In this document: one piece after another, positions 1-15,683 of the stretch
Numbering within the stretch: position 1 is the stretch's first letter
Layout: every line of letters begins with the position of its first letter
Assembly (NCBI RefSeq): GCF_009914755.1
Contig: NC_060931.1
Length of the DNA stretch: 64,000 nucleotides
Origin: the human T2T-CHM13v2.0 reference genome, Homo sapiens
Strand: one strand, 5' to 3'
Notes under the pieces: model-generated
Databases searched by the model: none
What the model was told of the DNA's origin: nothing
The model's input: the letters and a program-made list of their open reading frames with translations, nothing else
Made by a program: the position numbers and the translations under genes

Positions 1-115
1 AAGGAGGTGAAAGATCTATATACTAAAACCTACAAGGCAATCTAGAGATTCAATATAATCCCTATCAAAATGCCAACAGCATTTTTCACAGGAATGGGAA
101 AAAATCTTAAAAATC
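1..115 (+). mobile_element. Old L1 (L1M-type) ORF2 fragment with ~100 bp internal deletion
   Basis: 'aaggaggtgaaagatctatatactaaaacctacaag' (EVKDLY..YK) is joined directly to 'gcaatctagagattcaatataatccctatcaaaatgccaacagcatttttcacag' (AI.RFN.IPIK.P..FFT). The homologous young L1 in this window (50445-50640) has ~100 bp between these blocks. Confidence 0.75.
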
Positions 116-221
116 AAAGTTTATAGAGATGTTTTCTGATTACTTTTTTTTCTCAATAAACTAGAAACAACTCAATAGCTAAGTCAAGGATTGGGGAGGA
201 GTGTCTGAATAGAAAAGAAAG

Positions 222-410
222 GATATATATATATCTCCTTTATTTAATGTATCTAATATATATTAATATATTTAATATATATTATGTATTATATTTAATA
301 TATATTTATTATATTTAACATATTAATATATTTAATATATATTGTTTATTATATTTAATATATATTGAATATATATGGTGAGGCTATATATATGAATATA
401 TATATATGAG
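222..410. repeat. AT-rich minisatellite/low-complexity tract (~20-bp subunits, 60-bp period)
   Basis: 261-306 'tattaatatatttaatatatattatgtattatatttaatatatatt' recurs nearly identically at 321-366; flanked by (TA)n. Confidence 0.85.
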
Positions 411-2419
411 AATACCTTGTATGACTGAAAGAGAACAATGTATTCCCACTTGAAACTTGTGATCATCAATTTTAAGTAAGATAAATCTCCTTAGTTGTGT
501 TTTCACTTGGTCACATTCAGTAGTGAGGTTTTACCCTGGCTAAGGTTTCGCAAAAGTAGCAAACATAGGGGGAGGGGGTGGGCAAGGTAGCCGAGCATAT
601 TTTCCAGAGAGTGAATATAATGATGGATGCTGAAGTCTAAGCTGGATAAGAAAAAAAAAAAAATAGGACTTTTGGACAACTTTTCTATAATAAACAAGCT
701 TTTTTACACTGTTTGCACTTAACTTATCTGTGATACTGTTTAGTATATTCTCTGTGAGTCATTGTAGAAGCACAGTAGGATGGATCTTGCCTATAAAATC
801 CACATTGTATTTCTTATGTTTATACATGTCACTGTGCCTCTGAAGTCAGGTAAATATTAAATACAAATAGAAATTGGTGGACAAACTTATTAAATTCCAT
901 ATTGTATAATAATCAAAGTTAAAATATTTTCTATTAAAATCACATATTCAGATTCTCTTTGAAGAAGATTAAATATTTTGTTATAGATGTAAACTTACAG
1001 TCTTATAAATAGTGCTTTTCCCTTTCCCTGCCTCTATGGTAAGTGACATTTTCTAATGGTACAGGAATAAAATTGTACTTTAATATCAATGTATTTCCTG
1101 TAAATGAATAAATTAATTATTAAAACAAAGGGAATGTTAAAATATATTTTTTAATAATTTCAATATATAGGCACTTTTTCTCTTAGTGGAGTATGTCCTT
1201 AACCCACTGTGCCTAAGTGATTATAACTTTTTATTTCAAACACTTACAGTAATCATTTTAACCTTATTAACCAATTGGCAGGAACTCATCATGCCTACTG
1301 TGTGGCACCACACCCATATACAGGGAAAGAACTTACAGCAAATAAGTAAATAAGTAACAGTTGTTTATTACTAGGTTCAGTGAAACATATGTGGCACAAT
1401 ATTAATCCCTAGTATAGTAGAAAATAATCAAATCATGTACATTAATTTTATCTTTTTTAATGTTAGCTCCATAGGGCTGAAGATATTTCAGTTTTCCTTA
1501 TTTACAAAGTGAAGCATTAGTGTAAAAATCAACTCTGCAGTTCTTTTGTGTGTTGTCTCTGTGTCATATCTTTACTTTCCATTGCATAAATGCTGCCTCA
1601 GAATTTGCGACATGGTCATAAAGAGTCTAAACACAGGCATCAAATTTATGCTTGCACAGCACGCATGCTTGCAAATTCCACATATCAGCTGTTGAAGTTT
1701 GGAAATGATGTGGTAATTGCTACCTCACCAGAGACCAAAGAGGAATTCTTATCTGAGAAGTACAGTAAATCACATTTTGATATAAGTAGTTCTTAATACA
1801 GTCAGATATCTAATTACTGCCTGCCTGTCTGTCTACCTACAGAGAAAACTTTTATCTAGGTCAGTATAAATTATTAGTAGTAAAAGGAAAGAAAACTACA
1901 ACTCAAAAACCACTGCCACGAAATAAAACTAAAACAAAGAAACCAAATATAAAAGGAAGAAACAACAAAAATAGCTTGCATCTCAAAATTTAATCTTATG
2001 TGAACTAAGAATTTTTTTTACAGTATCTCTCAAACTCAGGAGCACTAAGAAATGGTCCACAATTAAAAATTATTACTAATTATACTTTCAATAAAAGAAA
2101 AATTTATATAGTTGGATTCCATGAATTAAGAAAGTGTCTCATATCATACTATGTTACTGGGAACACTGTCCTGGGATTCAGAGAACATAGAAAAAGAATT
2201 TGGCATCTCCACAGAAAACAATTGCTGTTTCTTCACACCAATTATAAATTGTAAGCTCTTCAAGCTGAAACTTATTTGCAACTCAGTAGCTGTGTGCTCT
2301 TAGCTGGTCAATTCTGTTTCTCTGAACTTGTTTTTTTCTAGTTATGGGTGTGTGTCAGGCTAATACATAATAATATTTTAACTCCTTCAGAAGATTGTGA
2401 ATGTGGATCAATGGACAAT

Positions 2420-2660
2420 AATCATAATCATAATTGCTTACAATTACATAGTGCTTACTGTCCCCTGCTGTTGTAAACACTTTACAGGTGTTAATTTATT
2501 TAATCCTTACAACAACCATAAGAAACAGTGCTATTATGAAGTCCAGTTTTTGGATAAGAAAACTGAGTTTTAGAAAGATAAAAACACTTGGGGAAGAGCA
2601 TTCAAATATTAAGTAGCAGAGGTGAGATTCATACTCATGATCATCTGTCTTCAGAATTGT
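2420..2660 (-). mobile_element. MIR SINE
   Basis: Reverse MIR core 'atttaatccttacaacaaccataag...tttttggataagaaaactgag...gagattcatactc'. Confidence 0.75.
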
Positions 2661-3734
2661 AGAAATTAATTTAGTATTTACAAAGACCTAGGCAAAGCCC
2701 TATTATTTTCTTATTGCATAAGGGCATAGCAATCATGAAGATGACCAGAAAGATAACCCCCAAAAATTCCTTCCTTGCGTTATTAATAAAATATTAGAGA
2801 CATAAGAGAGGATTACAGAATGATGCTTCAACTGTACTCAGTACTCTTGAAGCACGAACCAAGAGAAAGTAGGGAAAAAAAAAAGCATAAACTGTGTTCT
2901 AGGTTTAGAACACATCAAATGCCTGAAACAATTTTGCAAACACTGAAAATTTGACAAAAATCCAAACCCAAATTGCCCCAGAAGTTGTTATCCATTAATT
3001 CTTTAAAGTATGTGTATTTCTAGGGAACTAAAACCGTTACTTGCCTAATTCAAATTATCAAAATGTTTCTAAGGGCTATGTGCTGTTGTAGAATTTTTCT
3101 GATGATTATTTGAGAAAATAAACGTGCTAGTTTTAAGTGAAACTGAAATAACATGAATTGGTTTAAATGCCCTTCTAGAGAAAGTCTACGTCTCCAGCTT
3201 CATCTCACATACCAAACTAGTTACATTTATTTCTTAAATCATTACTAAATATTAATTATACTATTGATGCTTATTATTAATGGAACATTAATAATGGGCA
3301 GGACCCATATGGTCATTAATTGTTATATTCTTAATACTCCAGCTCCTATCAAATCCCCTTCAATCTGGGTTGTGAGAGCCTCTCCAACTTTTTCTGATAA
3401 TCTTACAGAGATTGAAGTAATAAATATAGTAGATTAATTCATTTCAAACCTAAAATTATTAGAGTGGTGAAATAAAAAAAGCACTCACAATTTTAGTGGT
3501 AAATATAAATAGATTAACAAAATAGTGCTTTATTCTGAGTTCTTAATATGTTGTCAAAATGTATATTATACCAAAATAATTTCTCCAAATGTATCTAGGC
3601 CAACTGATTCTTCCCTGTTTAGGCACTCAAATCTCCAGGCTAATAGCATTTTTCTATGATAAAAATAATGATTTAGTAAGTTGAGTATGCATGATCTTCT
3701 AGGCCCAGTAGACTTGGTTTCAAGAAAAATAATT

Positions 3735-3900
3735 ATTCATTCATTTATTAGTTGATGTATTTACTCTTTCAATAACAGCTACTATGTGCAAGCACTGGAA
3801 TGGGCATTGGGGAAAGAGTAAATGTCATCAGGGCCTTCAAAGAATTTACCTTCTCCTGGGAAAAGTAAATACAGAAGCAAATAAGTAAGGAAATTGCATT
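3735..3900 (-). mobile_element. L2 LINE 3' end fragment
   Basis: 'attcattcatttattag...gctactatgtgcaagcactgg...gccttcaaagaatttac' is a typical reversed L2 tail. Confidence 0.6.
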
Positions 3901-3957
3901 TTGTGATAGGTGTTCTGATATGAATAGTAATTGGAATGGCTACTTTAATTAACATAA

Positions 3958-4490
3958 TGTGGTAGCGAGTCGCCAGAGATGTACCCACCCCCTTCCCTTC
4001 CCCCCATCCATAAACCATGTGTTCTTGTATTCATGCCCTAGTGTAGTCCCCTCCCCTTATATCTATAATGGCCATATGATTTAATTTTGGCCAATGAAAC
4101 ACAGAAGTGATGCCTCATGGCTTGGAGGGTAAATTATAAGAAACATTGCAGCTTCTGTCTGGATCTCTTGGAATGCTTGTCCATGAATCCAGCTTCCATG
4201 CTGTGAGAAGCTCAAGCCACATAGTGTTTGGGTTGGCACCTCCACCTGGGCTCACAGCCAACATCAAGTATCAACTTCTAGCCATGTGAGTTAGCCATCT
4301 TGGATGTCCAGCTCACCAGAGCCTTCAGATGACTATAGTCCCATCTGCCATCTTAATGAAACTGCTTGGAGACCTTAAGTGAGAACCAACCAGATAAGCC
4401 CGGTCAACCCATAGAACAATAAGTGATAAATTGTTGTTTTAAGCCGCTAAGTTTTGGCATAGTTTGTTAAACAGCAATAGATAACAAAAC
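3958..4490 (+). mobile_element. MLT1-family (ERVL-MaLR) solo LTR, MLT1G/H-like
   Basis: Starts 'tgtggtag'; contains 'ccagcttccatgctgtgagaagctcaagccaca'; ends 'ttgttgttttaagccgctaagttttggcatagtttgttaaacagcaatagataac'. Confidence 0.8.
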
Positions 4491-4736
4491 TGTTGAGAAG
4501 TTTATAGTATAGCTTCTAATGTAGGAAAGATATCAGGCACAATTACTAAGTAACGAAGTTTGCATTTTTGATATCTATCATCCTTCCCTATCCCCAGGTA
4601 ACCTGCTATCCTTGGACTCTGGCATTTTCAAAGGTTCATAGATGGCCTTTTATTTGATTTATTTGCCAGAAATCTTTCAGCCATGATTGTGATGAATTGA
4701 ATGCAAATTGGTATTAACAAAATAGAGAATTTACTG

Positions 4737-5090
<354 letters not shown>

Positions 5091-5744
5091 TCAGCTGGCT
5101 GCAGGAATTCAGAGCATGTCTGAGAAACGAATTTTGTCTTTCTCTCTTTCATCCATTGCTCTGTTTTCTTCTGCATTGTTTTTGCTTATCCTTTATTGCA
5201 CAGTCTCTCTTCTGGCAGCCTCAGGGTTATATTCTAACACATTTCCAACCACCTAAAATTAAGGTTCCTTCTATTAACCACTAGATTCAGCAGATTTCCC
5301 TCGTTATTTCTCTTTGACTTGGTTTAAAAGATAATGTTCTACCATATTCTACAACTTCTAGGTAACACTGACTATGACAGGACTCAATCTTGGTCAAAAG
5401 GAATACTTTGTGTCCCTAGTCATGGTGTCTAGCTCATATATTATCTTTCAAGCTAGGTTAAGGAGAAACAATTTGAAACATTTTTTAGAACTATAGAAAA
5501 AAGGAGTCAATATTTTCTGAAAGGTTTGAAAGGCTTCTAGAATATTGCATAGGTATGCATCAAATATTTCAGACATACTGAAAATGTTTTCATGGTTTAT
5601 CAAAAGTTTATATTTAACTAAGTGTCCTATATTTTACATGCTAAATCTGGCATACTTAAGAGATTATTTGCCTACATGATGAATTGGACTTTTCAGATAT
5701 GTTAATATGCATGCCCTAAAGGGACACTCATAAGTGAAATGATA

Positions 5745-5985
5745 ATAAAATAATAATGAAACAAACTATACACAGCAATGATGGAATTTTCTATGCCAAA
5801 AATAATCCAAAGCCCTTGGCATGCAAAACTCCTATAATCTTATAAAAGTATTGTGAAATAAATGATCTCATTATCTTTGCTTACACATAAGGAAGTTGGG
5901 GCAGAGAGGTTAAATAACTTGTTGAATGTGATACAACCAACAGGAACGAAGCTATTATTGAACTAAATTGTATGGCTCCAGAGAC
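5745..5985 (-). mobile_element. MIR SINE
   Basis: 'ttacacataaggaagttggggcagagaggttaaataacttg...atggctccagag' matches reverse MIR. Confidence 0.65.
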
Positions 5986-7574
5986 CTTTTCCAGATTAAT
6001 TATTTTAATAGCGTTATCATTATTGCATTTCAAGGTGAGATTAACACAGTTACTCTGATGAAGACTAACCTTGCATTTTTTTCTACTTGCATTTCCATAG
6101 CTAGCTTTCTAGAACTATAATGGCAAAGGCTATATTTGTTCCAGATATTTGAATTCCAAATGCAGTATTATTTCAGATAAGTTAACAAAACCATTTTGCC
6201 CTATTAGCATGAAATTCAGCATCTTTCTCATTCCCAAATAGTCTGCTAAAAAGAGGGTAAATCTAGCTTCACCTCTATAGAACATGTCTTATCAAGCTTT
6301 AACAGCATTTGCTTCTTGCTATTACATTATATCACTGTGGAAGACAAGTCCTTAACAACGGGGCAAATGACATTTTCTAACATATATAGGTACCTATTGT
6401 GACTCTGTATTCATGCCCAGAAATGAGTGCCTCTACAAGAAAAGAATTTAAATTAGTCATGGATTATTCATTTTCGGGGTCTCAATATTCAAGGTCTTAA
6501 TCCAACAAATTTTCTACACTCTGGGGGAAAATGGCCCCTGAACTCGATTCTCACCTTATAAATCAGAATATCCATAGCCCTTTGAATTCACTCAGGAATA
6601 AAGAGAAGAAAACTAAAATTAAATGCTGGCAACCCTTTTTGGTTGAATATTCCAACACATATATTATGCTTTCCCCCGTCACTCTTCAAAATCTAGGTGT
6701 TTTATAAATTTTATAGATGAGGAAATGAGAATTTTTTTCAAGTAAATTTCATAATAACTTGGTTCCAGTTCTGGGCTCTCAGAGGAACATATTTTTTACA
6801 CAAGTTGTTGCTATAGGTCAGTGGTCAACAGGATTACAGTTAGAAGCTTTCAACTGGATTTATAATGATATTTTTAAATTTTCCAAATAGAAGTTGACGT
6901 TTCTTTGGCTGCTCAAATATTGCCAAAATATTTATAACATCCTGGCTGATTTCCAACATATCTACTGTAGTGTAAGTCATTTTAACGTAAGTATATTATG
7001 GTTAAAAGTGCCTAATTAAAATATGTGCAATGTAGGTGGTCTTTTATGATGGATTTCTATGCCAAATTTCCACACTTATATACAAAAACAAAAACATACC
7101 TATTCTAAACAAAAAAAAAAATTCTCAAGACCACTTAGCAAAGAAATTAGGGGAAAAAAAAACATTCACTGCATTAGGTCATAGATTCTCAGCTTTCCAA
7201 CTCTCCTCCAAAGACCAATATTACCTTCCCGAGGGAGAGAATCACCATGTTTTATGAAAAGATACTTTTTTATGAATTTGTTCACGTGGTAAGCCAGAAG
7301 GCATTTGTGCTTGCCAAGGTAGGGAAAGTTTTCAAATAAATTTGCAACCAGCTACTCATCACGGGTCTTGTGAGAAGAGCAAGTAAGACACACATTGCTG
7401 TGCCTCACTGCCATTCATTTGCTTCCCTCCTTAGCACTTTAGCCACCTCCTGGGTAAGGTGAGACTTGTCTCAGGATGTAACAGCTTGATTTTTCCTTTA
7501 CAAAGAAAAGACAAGGTGGGGAGCATAGCTGATACGCAATAGGTAGAAGAAAAATCTACAAGCATATGATTTCT

Positions 7575-7730
7575 TACAGTGAAGCTCTTGGTCACCTGCA
7601 TTATGATCACCAAGCTTCCTGGTTGCAAATATTCATCCTTTAGGACCACACTAGATCAACTCTTCCAAATCTCTCTGGATGGGGCAGAGGAATTTACCAT
7701 TTAAATATTTAAGTCAATCCTCTAAACATG
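7575..7730. mobile_element. MER5-like hAT-Charlie DNA transposon remnant
   Basis: 'cacctgcattatgatcacc...aaatctctctggatggggcagaggaatttaccatttaa' resembles MER5A/B. Confidence 0.5.
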
Positions 7731-7809
7731 AGGTATTGTATACCCTTTTAATGATAGTGATCTGGAGGATATAGAAAACTATTTTATAAACTTGGCACAT
7801 TATTCTGAA

Positions 7810-8010
7810 GGATCATGTTTAAGAGCATAGCTATGGAATCAGATAACCCTGGGTTCAAACACTGACCTTATCACTTCAGAGTTATCCATTAATTAGACTC
7901 TTCGAGTATCACTTCACTGAATTGAGAATATTGAATGAAAAGGTATGTGTAAACGCTTTACATAGTGCCTGGTATATACTAAGCACCAATAAATGGAACC
8001 TATTATTATG
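7810..8010 (+). mobile_element. MIR SINE (internally deleted)
   Basis: 'ttaagagcatagctatggaatcaga...cctgggttcaaac' head and 'catagtgcctggtatatactaagcaccaataaatg' tail. Confidence 0.75.
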
Positions 8011-9221
8011 AAAAAAAGCATCTCAAATAAAGATACTACTAAACAGAATTTATGAGAAGCATGAATTTCTATTTTGAAACAAGGGATTTAAAGAAATGTT
8101 TCATTTGAAGCTGGTCTTTTCTGTTTAGGTATCATTGTTATTCACTCTCTTCCTTCCTTAGCACCTCCTGCTCTACCTTATTCACACCTTCTTGAAAGGT
8201 TTAAGATGCTGTTATCTGAGGGGAGAATGACTTTTTATATTGTTTTTTTATTTAAAGTATTTCTAGTAGCTAGTCCTTTCTTTGAAGTCTTACTATTATT
8301 AGGACTTGCTATTATCTAGTTCTTTCTTTGAATACATAGTGTTGCAAAGACTCAGAACTGACCAGGGCTGAGAAAATGACTAATGCAAACTAAAATACAC
8401 TTGAGACTAAGTCAGATAACAGAACACCAGATTATTCATTTTAAACAGAAAAAAATAAATGTCAAAGATTGTAAATAATTGTATTGGCATAATCATATTA
8501 TTCCCCTTAGTCAAGCTATAGAGAAGCCAAAAATATTAAAAGGCAACAATTTGTATTTAAAATCAAAAATTGTATTTGCAGAGACTTTTAAAGTATCAGA
8601 TGAATGAAAGTTTGTACTGTAATCTGAAGTCATAGAAATCAGAAGGTCACTAAAAAGGACATTGACTCAGAAAAAGACTTCTACAAGTCAAATGTTAATG
8701 GCTGTAGGTTACAGTATAATTTTGCCACAGGTTCTATAACCTTTATAGCCTAAAAAGGCCTATAGACATTTCCACTTGAGATTTATCTCTGTCATCAATG
8801 CTGGTAAGTTTGAGATCCATTAGCTAAGATTTCCTTTCCTGTGGACAACCAAAGACAGTATCCATCCAAGGTTGTCCTTTTTGTTGACATTTTTCTTTTT
8901 TTTTTCCCCTTCAAAACCACACAATACACTCTAACTTTAATAACCTTACCTTTTAGGTATGTTAATACATTAAGCTGTAAAGGTTGTGACTTGTTGATGA
9001 ATCCAAGTCTGAAAAATGCTATGCATGTCCCACTCTGTTTCTTTCATCTCATTCTGTCCTTAATCTTACTATTATATAAATGTCACTTGCATACCAATAT
9101 TTAAAATACTAAACCACTTTAACAACTTACAGAAATTTTAGAATAAATTTTCTTACAAGATTGCAGTCCTATTTCTATTAATAGCTATTATAACATATAT
9201 TTATTCACATAAGAAAAAATA

Positions 9222-9310
9222 GCTACACTAGAGTTACTACAGAGTATACCCATGTAACAAAACTATGCATGTATCCGAATTCAAAATAAAAGTTGAAGTA
9301 AATATATAAG
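9222..9310 (+). mobile_element. Short L1PB/L1MA-type 3' end
   Basis: 'tatacccatgtaacaaaactatgcatgtatcc...aaaataaaagttgaa' followed by an A-rich tail. Confidence 0.55.
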
Positions 9311-9349
9311 AACAAAAAAGTATACAAAAGGAAATAAATACTTAATCTT

Positions 9350-9600
9350 TAATCAATTCAGTCGTTTCCTTCTTTTCCATTCCATAAAGATTTACACAGT
9401 GCCTATGATGTGCTGTGCATCATTGTAAATATTATAAACATTGTTTCAAGGATTTTTTTGAAAAGAGAGCAAATGAGGAAGATCAGTAGGTATTAAGGTT
9501 AGAGTGGTAGGAAGTGGCTAGAATATGAGAGACTGTAACAATGATAAAGAGTTTAAATTTATATCTATATGAAGCTATCAGAAAGTTTTAAGCAGTATTA
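9350..9600 (-). mobile_element. L2 fragments
   Basis: 'cagtgcctatgatgtgctgtgcatcattgtaaa' and 'taaagagtttaaatttatatc...gaagctatcagaaagttttaagcag'. Confidence 0.55.
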
Positions 9601-9772
9601 AATGATACTTTCACCCTCAGCTGCAACATGTATACTCAGCAAGCTGGCCAATAGCTAGCTGAGTTAACTGACCTGGGCAGCTGATTCTAATAATTTAGTT
9701 CCTCAAAATGAATTTAATCCAAATAAAGTCAATTTGAGGGTGTGAAATAAAATTTGCCCAGCAATTAATGAG

Positions 9773-9804
9773 TGTGTGTCTATGTGTGTGTGTGTGTGTG
9801 TGTA

Positions 9805-9829
<25 letters not shown>
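9773..9829. repeat. Interrupted (TG)n microsatellite
   Basis: ~28 TG units with TA/TC interruptions. Confidence 0.95.
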
Positions 9830-9835
<6 letters not shown>

Positions 9836-11489
9836 CAGTCCTAGCTGAACAGGGTAAGAGTTTACCTCAAAGACATCCTGAAAATTTATTTCATATTATC
9901 CTTTTATAGTTCACAAAACTCTTGATAATAACATTTAGTGTAATTATACTTTAATAATTTATTTGAGAAAAGTAAAACCTTATTTTAGGTCCATCTTAAT
10001 TCAAAATTCATGACATTTCATGAAAAAATGGTATTACAGTTAGCCTTGTTTTAGCAACTCTTTTGTCTTCTCACAAAGTATAAAATTTCATTGAAAAATA
10101 TAAAAATGTATTATTAAAAAACGAGATTTTTCAGGGGTAGACTCTCTAAAACTTTCTAATTCCTGTTACTTATGTTCCTCTACATTTTTATCCTGAGGTT
10201 CCTAATTTCCAGAGGAAATGCAATTCCTAAAATCTATGAAGCATATTGATGTGATGTTTGCTGACTCACATAGCTGAACAGGGAAATAAAGTAAAAATGA
10301 ATGAGTAAGTATAATTTCCCTCAAATCGTAATGTTCCAGCTCACAGAGTTTTAGGTATCATCTAAAGCACAAGATAATTCTTTGCTAAATGTGCATTTCT
10401 AGAGAGTCTAAACAAGTTTACCTTTTCCTTGTGCCTGTCTGATTAGAATGCCCCCTCAATTCAGTCACAGGATATTCTCCTTAGGTAACTTCTTAATACC
10501 TGATTGGTTGTAGACACTACATGCCTCTAATTTTGGCCGAGAATCACAATAAGATGACCGGGTGCTCATTTTTGGTGTCCTTATATTCACTAAACACAGG
10601 TATCCAAGCATTAGAATATCTCCATATGAATATCTCTTGCTAATGGTGACTTACACCCCTATTTCCTGCAATCGAACATACATATGCCAAGCTTATTAAT
10701 TAGGAAATTGTTGTTGTAGGAAGCTGGCTCAGGTTGTTTTAAAATTGTACTGAAAGAGAACTACAAAATAAAAGTACAGGGCATAGTTATAAAACCCACA
10801 GGCAGGAATCCAGACCCCTTGCAGAAAAGCCTTATGTTAAAAAGTGCTAGACAGGAAGAACTCCCTGGGATTCTCCCCATTTCCTCTTTTCTTCCTTCTG
10901 CAGACTTTATTTACTCTTTTCTTCCTTTTCAGCCCAAACTGTTCTACCTCTATCCACATGAGCCCCAACAGCTCTCAATTTACTAAACCAAATTTAATAC
11001 ATGAAAAGATGTATTAATCTCTTATGTCCCAATTCTCAAACCCCTATTAGTGTAAATTTAACTTCTTCAATCTCTGGGCTGGGATCTTCTCATTGTTTGA
11101 TTAGGTATTGCTGGTGATGTGGAGCAAATACTGTTGAAGAGTCCCAGACTGTGAATGGTGGAGCAGATCCCCACTCAGAGAAAGAGTCATTGGCTCATAA
11201 GTAGAACAACACCGTCTGAATAAAAATAGCTTTTTCATTTGCCAAAAAAAAATTACCTGCAGAGGATGACTGTGTTTAAAATATTTCAGTTGCTACATTT
11301 TGTAGTCTACTAAATATCAGTATTGTCTGATAGGTAAGATCAGAAAGTTTCTATGAATCACTACAGAAATGCAAATTCAAATAAACATGTCTCAGTAGGT
11401 TTTACCATATAATTATGCCCTTGGTTATCAGATTTCCGTACCATTTTACCCAATCCTAAGTCACTGATTTATCTAAAATGGGATATATT

Positions 11490-13860
<2,371 letters not shown>

Positions 13861-14164
13861 ACACCTAAGTTAATATAAATATTCTACCAATATAATTTCA
13901 AAATTATGACTAGTGCTTCTGCTTGAAAACTTGGACTGTATCCTCTGTATGCTTTTTGTTGCATCAACTAAGTAAAGAATATCTGAAAAAAAGTGATAAA
14001 ACTAAGAAAATAATATCTGAAAAAAACATGGCATTCAAGATGAGAAAGAAATCTCAAAAACAAAAACAGCAGAGCTTGGCCATAATATTTTTACAATTTT
14101 ACTCTATGCTCACAGCAACTGTATGTTGTTGATTATTTTAAAAGAAAAATTTTAAATTGAAAAG

Positions 14165-14479
14165 GAGGGAATTCTTTTTAATTTCTTGCATAGGTCAGCA
14201 TTACTCTGATACCAAAATCAGACAAGGACATAAAAACAATAAAAGCCCATAGACCCATATCCCTAATGAACATATGCCTGTAGACCTAGCCTCATGCCCT
14301 AATGCCTCATGCCTGTAGACCTAGCTACTCAGGGAGCTGAGATGAGAGAATCACTTGAGTGCAAGAGTTTGAAGTTGAAGTGAGTCATAATCTTGTCACT
14401 GCACTTTAGCTTAGCAAGACAGTGACTCAAAAAAAAAAAAAAAGAAAAGGAAAATAAAAGCCAAAATTATGTGTATATA

Positions 14480-14519
<40 letters not shown>

Positions 14520-14537
14520 ATACTAGCAAGCCAAATG
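14165..14537 (+). mobile_element. Old L1 ORF2 (RT N-terminal) fragment split by an Alu right arm and a microsatellite
   Basis: 'cagcattactctgataccaaaatcagacaaggaca...catatccctaatgaacat' resumes as 'aatactagcaagccaaat' at 14519. Confidence 0.65.
14274..14460 (+). mobile_element. Alu right monomer (FRAM/AluJ-like) with rearranged 5' junction
   Basis: 'tgcctgtagacctagctactcagggagctgagatgagagaatcacttgag...ctcaaaaaaaa'. Confidence 0.85.
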
Positions 14538-15410
14538 TTCAATTTTCTATTTCTCCCTCAATTTTGCCAATTTTTGTGTATTTTTGGGTTGTGATGGTAA
14601 GCACTTATTTGTCTATAATTGTTATGTAGCCCTGGTGGATTTACCTTGCTATTATTTTAAATATCTCAATTTGTTTTCAGTAAAATTTTTTGTTTGGAAA
14701 TCTATTTTGACTGATTTTTTTTTTAATTTTTAATTTTTGTGGGTACATAGTACTCATATATGTTTATGGGGTGCCTACAATATGTTGATACAGGCATATG
14801 GTGCACAATAATCACATCAATGTAAATGGTGTGCCCATCACCTCAAGCATTTATCTTCTGTGTTACAAACAATCTAATTATATTCTTTATTTAAAAAATG
14901 TACAAATAAATTGTTATTGACTACAGTCACTCTGTTGTTCTATCAAATACCAGATCTTATTCATTCTTTCTATTTTTTTGTACCAATTAACCATCCTCAC
15001 TTTCCTCCCAAGCCCCTAATCCCTGGCCTGGTCTAATATTATTATAATCACTCCAATTTGGTTGCAATTACTGTTTGAATAATATTTTTATTCTATTTTT
15101 AATGAATTTATATCTTTGTATCTGAATTGTGCCTGCTGTAAACACCATAAAATAACATTGTTGTTTTTTTTAAGAGTAATCTGAAGATTTCTGCCTTTTG
15201 ATTGATTGCTTAATCCACTTATATTTAATATGACTATTAATATGTCTTCTATTATATCTCCCCATTTGGTTTTTGTTTTCTATGTGTTTCATTTCCATTG
15301 TTTCTTTATTCCTCTTATTTTGACTTTCTTTGTATTAAGTAAACATTTCTAGCATAACATTTAGTTATTCTAATAAGTTATAATGCTATATTTGAGAGGT
15401 TTTTTTTTTA
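14538..15410 (-). mobile_element. Old L1M ORF2 endonuclease-region fragment, interrupted by an L1MA 3' end
   Basis: Reverse EN-region sequence 'ttctatttctccctcaattttgccaatttttg...aaatctattttgactgat' resumes at ~15030 'gtctaatattattataatcactcca'. Confidence 0.65.
14715..15028 (-). mobile_element. L1MA 3' end
   Basis: 'ttttaatttttgtgggtacatag...catcacctcaagcatttatc...ttattgactacagtcactctgttg'. Confidence 0.8.
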
Positions 15411-15459
15411 GTTTAAATATTCTATGTCAGTGGTTATAAGGAAATGGAAGAGAAAAATG

Positions 15460-15632
15460 AACAAATTTCTCAATGGAGGTGAATAATCATCTCTAGGACT
15501 TCTGGTGTTCCTTTCTAGAGATAAGTTCTCTTCAACCCCCAAGTGAATCACTATTATTATCAAGGTATGTTCCTGATGGGAGTGTATTCTGTGCTGGGGT
15601 AAGGGGGAAAGCATTTGAGAACCACCGTTCTA
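15460..15632. mobile_element. hAT-Charlie-type MITE remnant
   Basis: Right end 'tttgagaaccaccgttcta' matches the Charlie TIR; degenerate left end 'caaatttctcaa'. Confidence 0.4.
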
Positions 15633-15683
15633 TGTAAAGCAAAACAGAATCCCATCATTTATGTCAATATATAAACAACTACA

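Noticed and set aside
222-410. CRISPR-like or other repeat-spacer array (also 60640-60780)
   Set aside because: Eukaryotic context; units are contiguous degenerate AT repeats without unique spacers.
6550-6625. Minus-strand exon ending at 'aag|gtgaga'
   Set aside because: Acceptor is ambiguous or weak and there is no supporting frame; such motifs are common by chance.
10680-11220. Possible ancient LTR remnant
   Set aside because: Only vague similarity; I could not place termini or a family.
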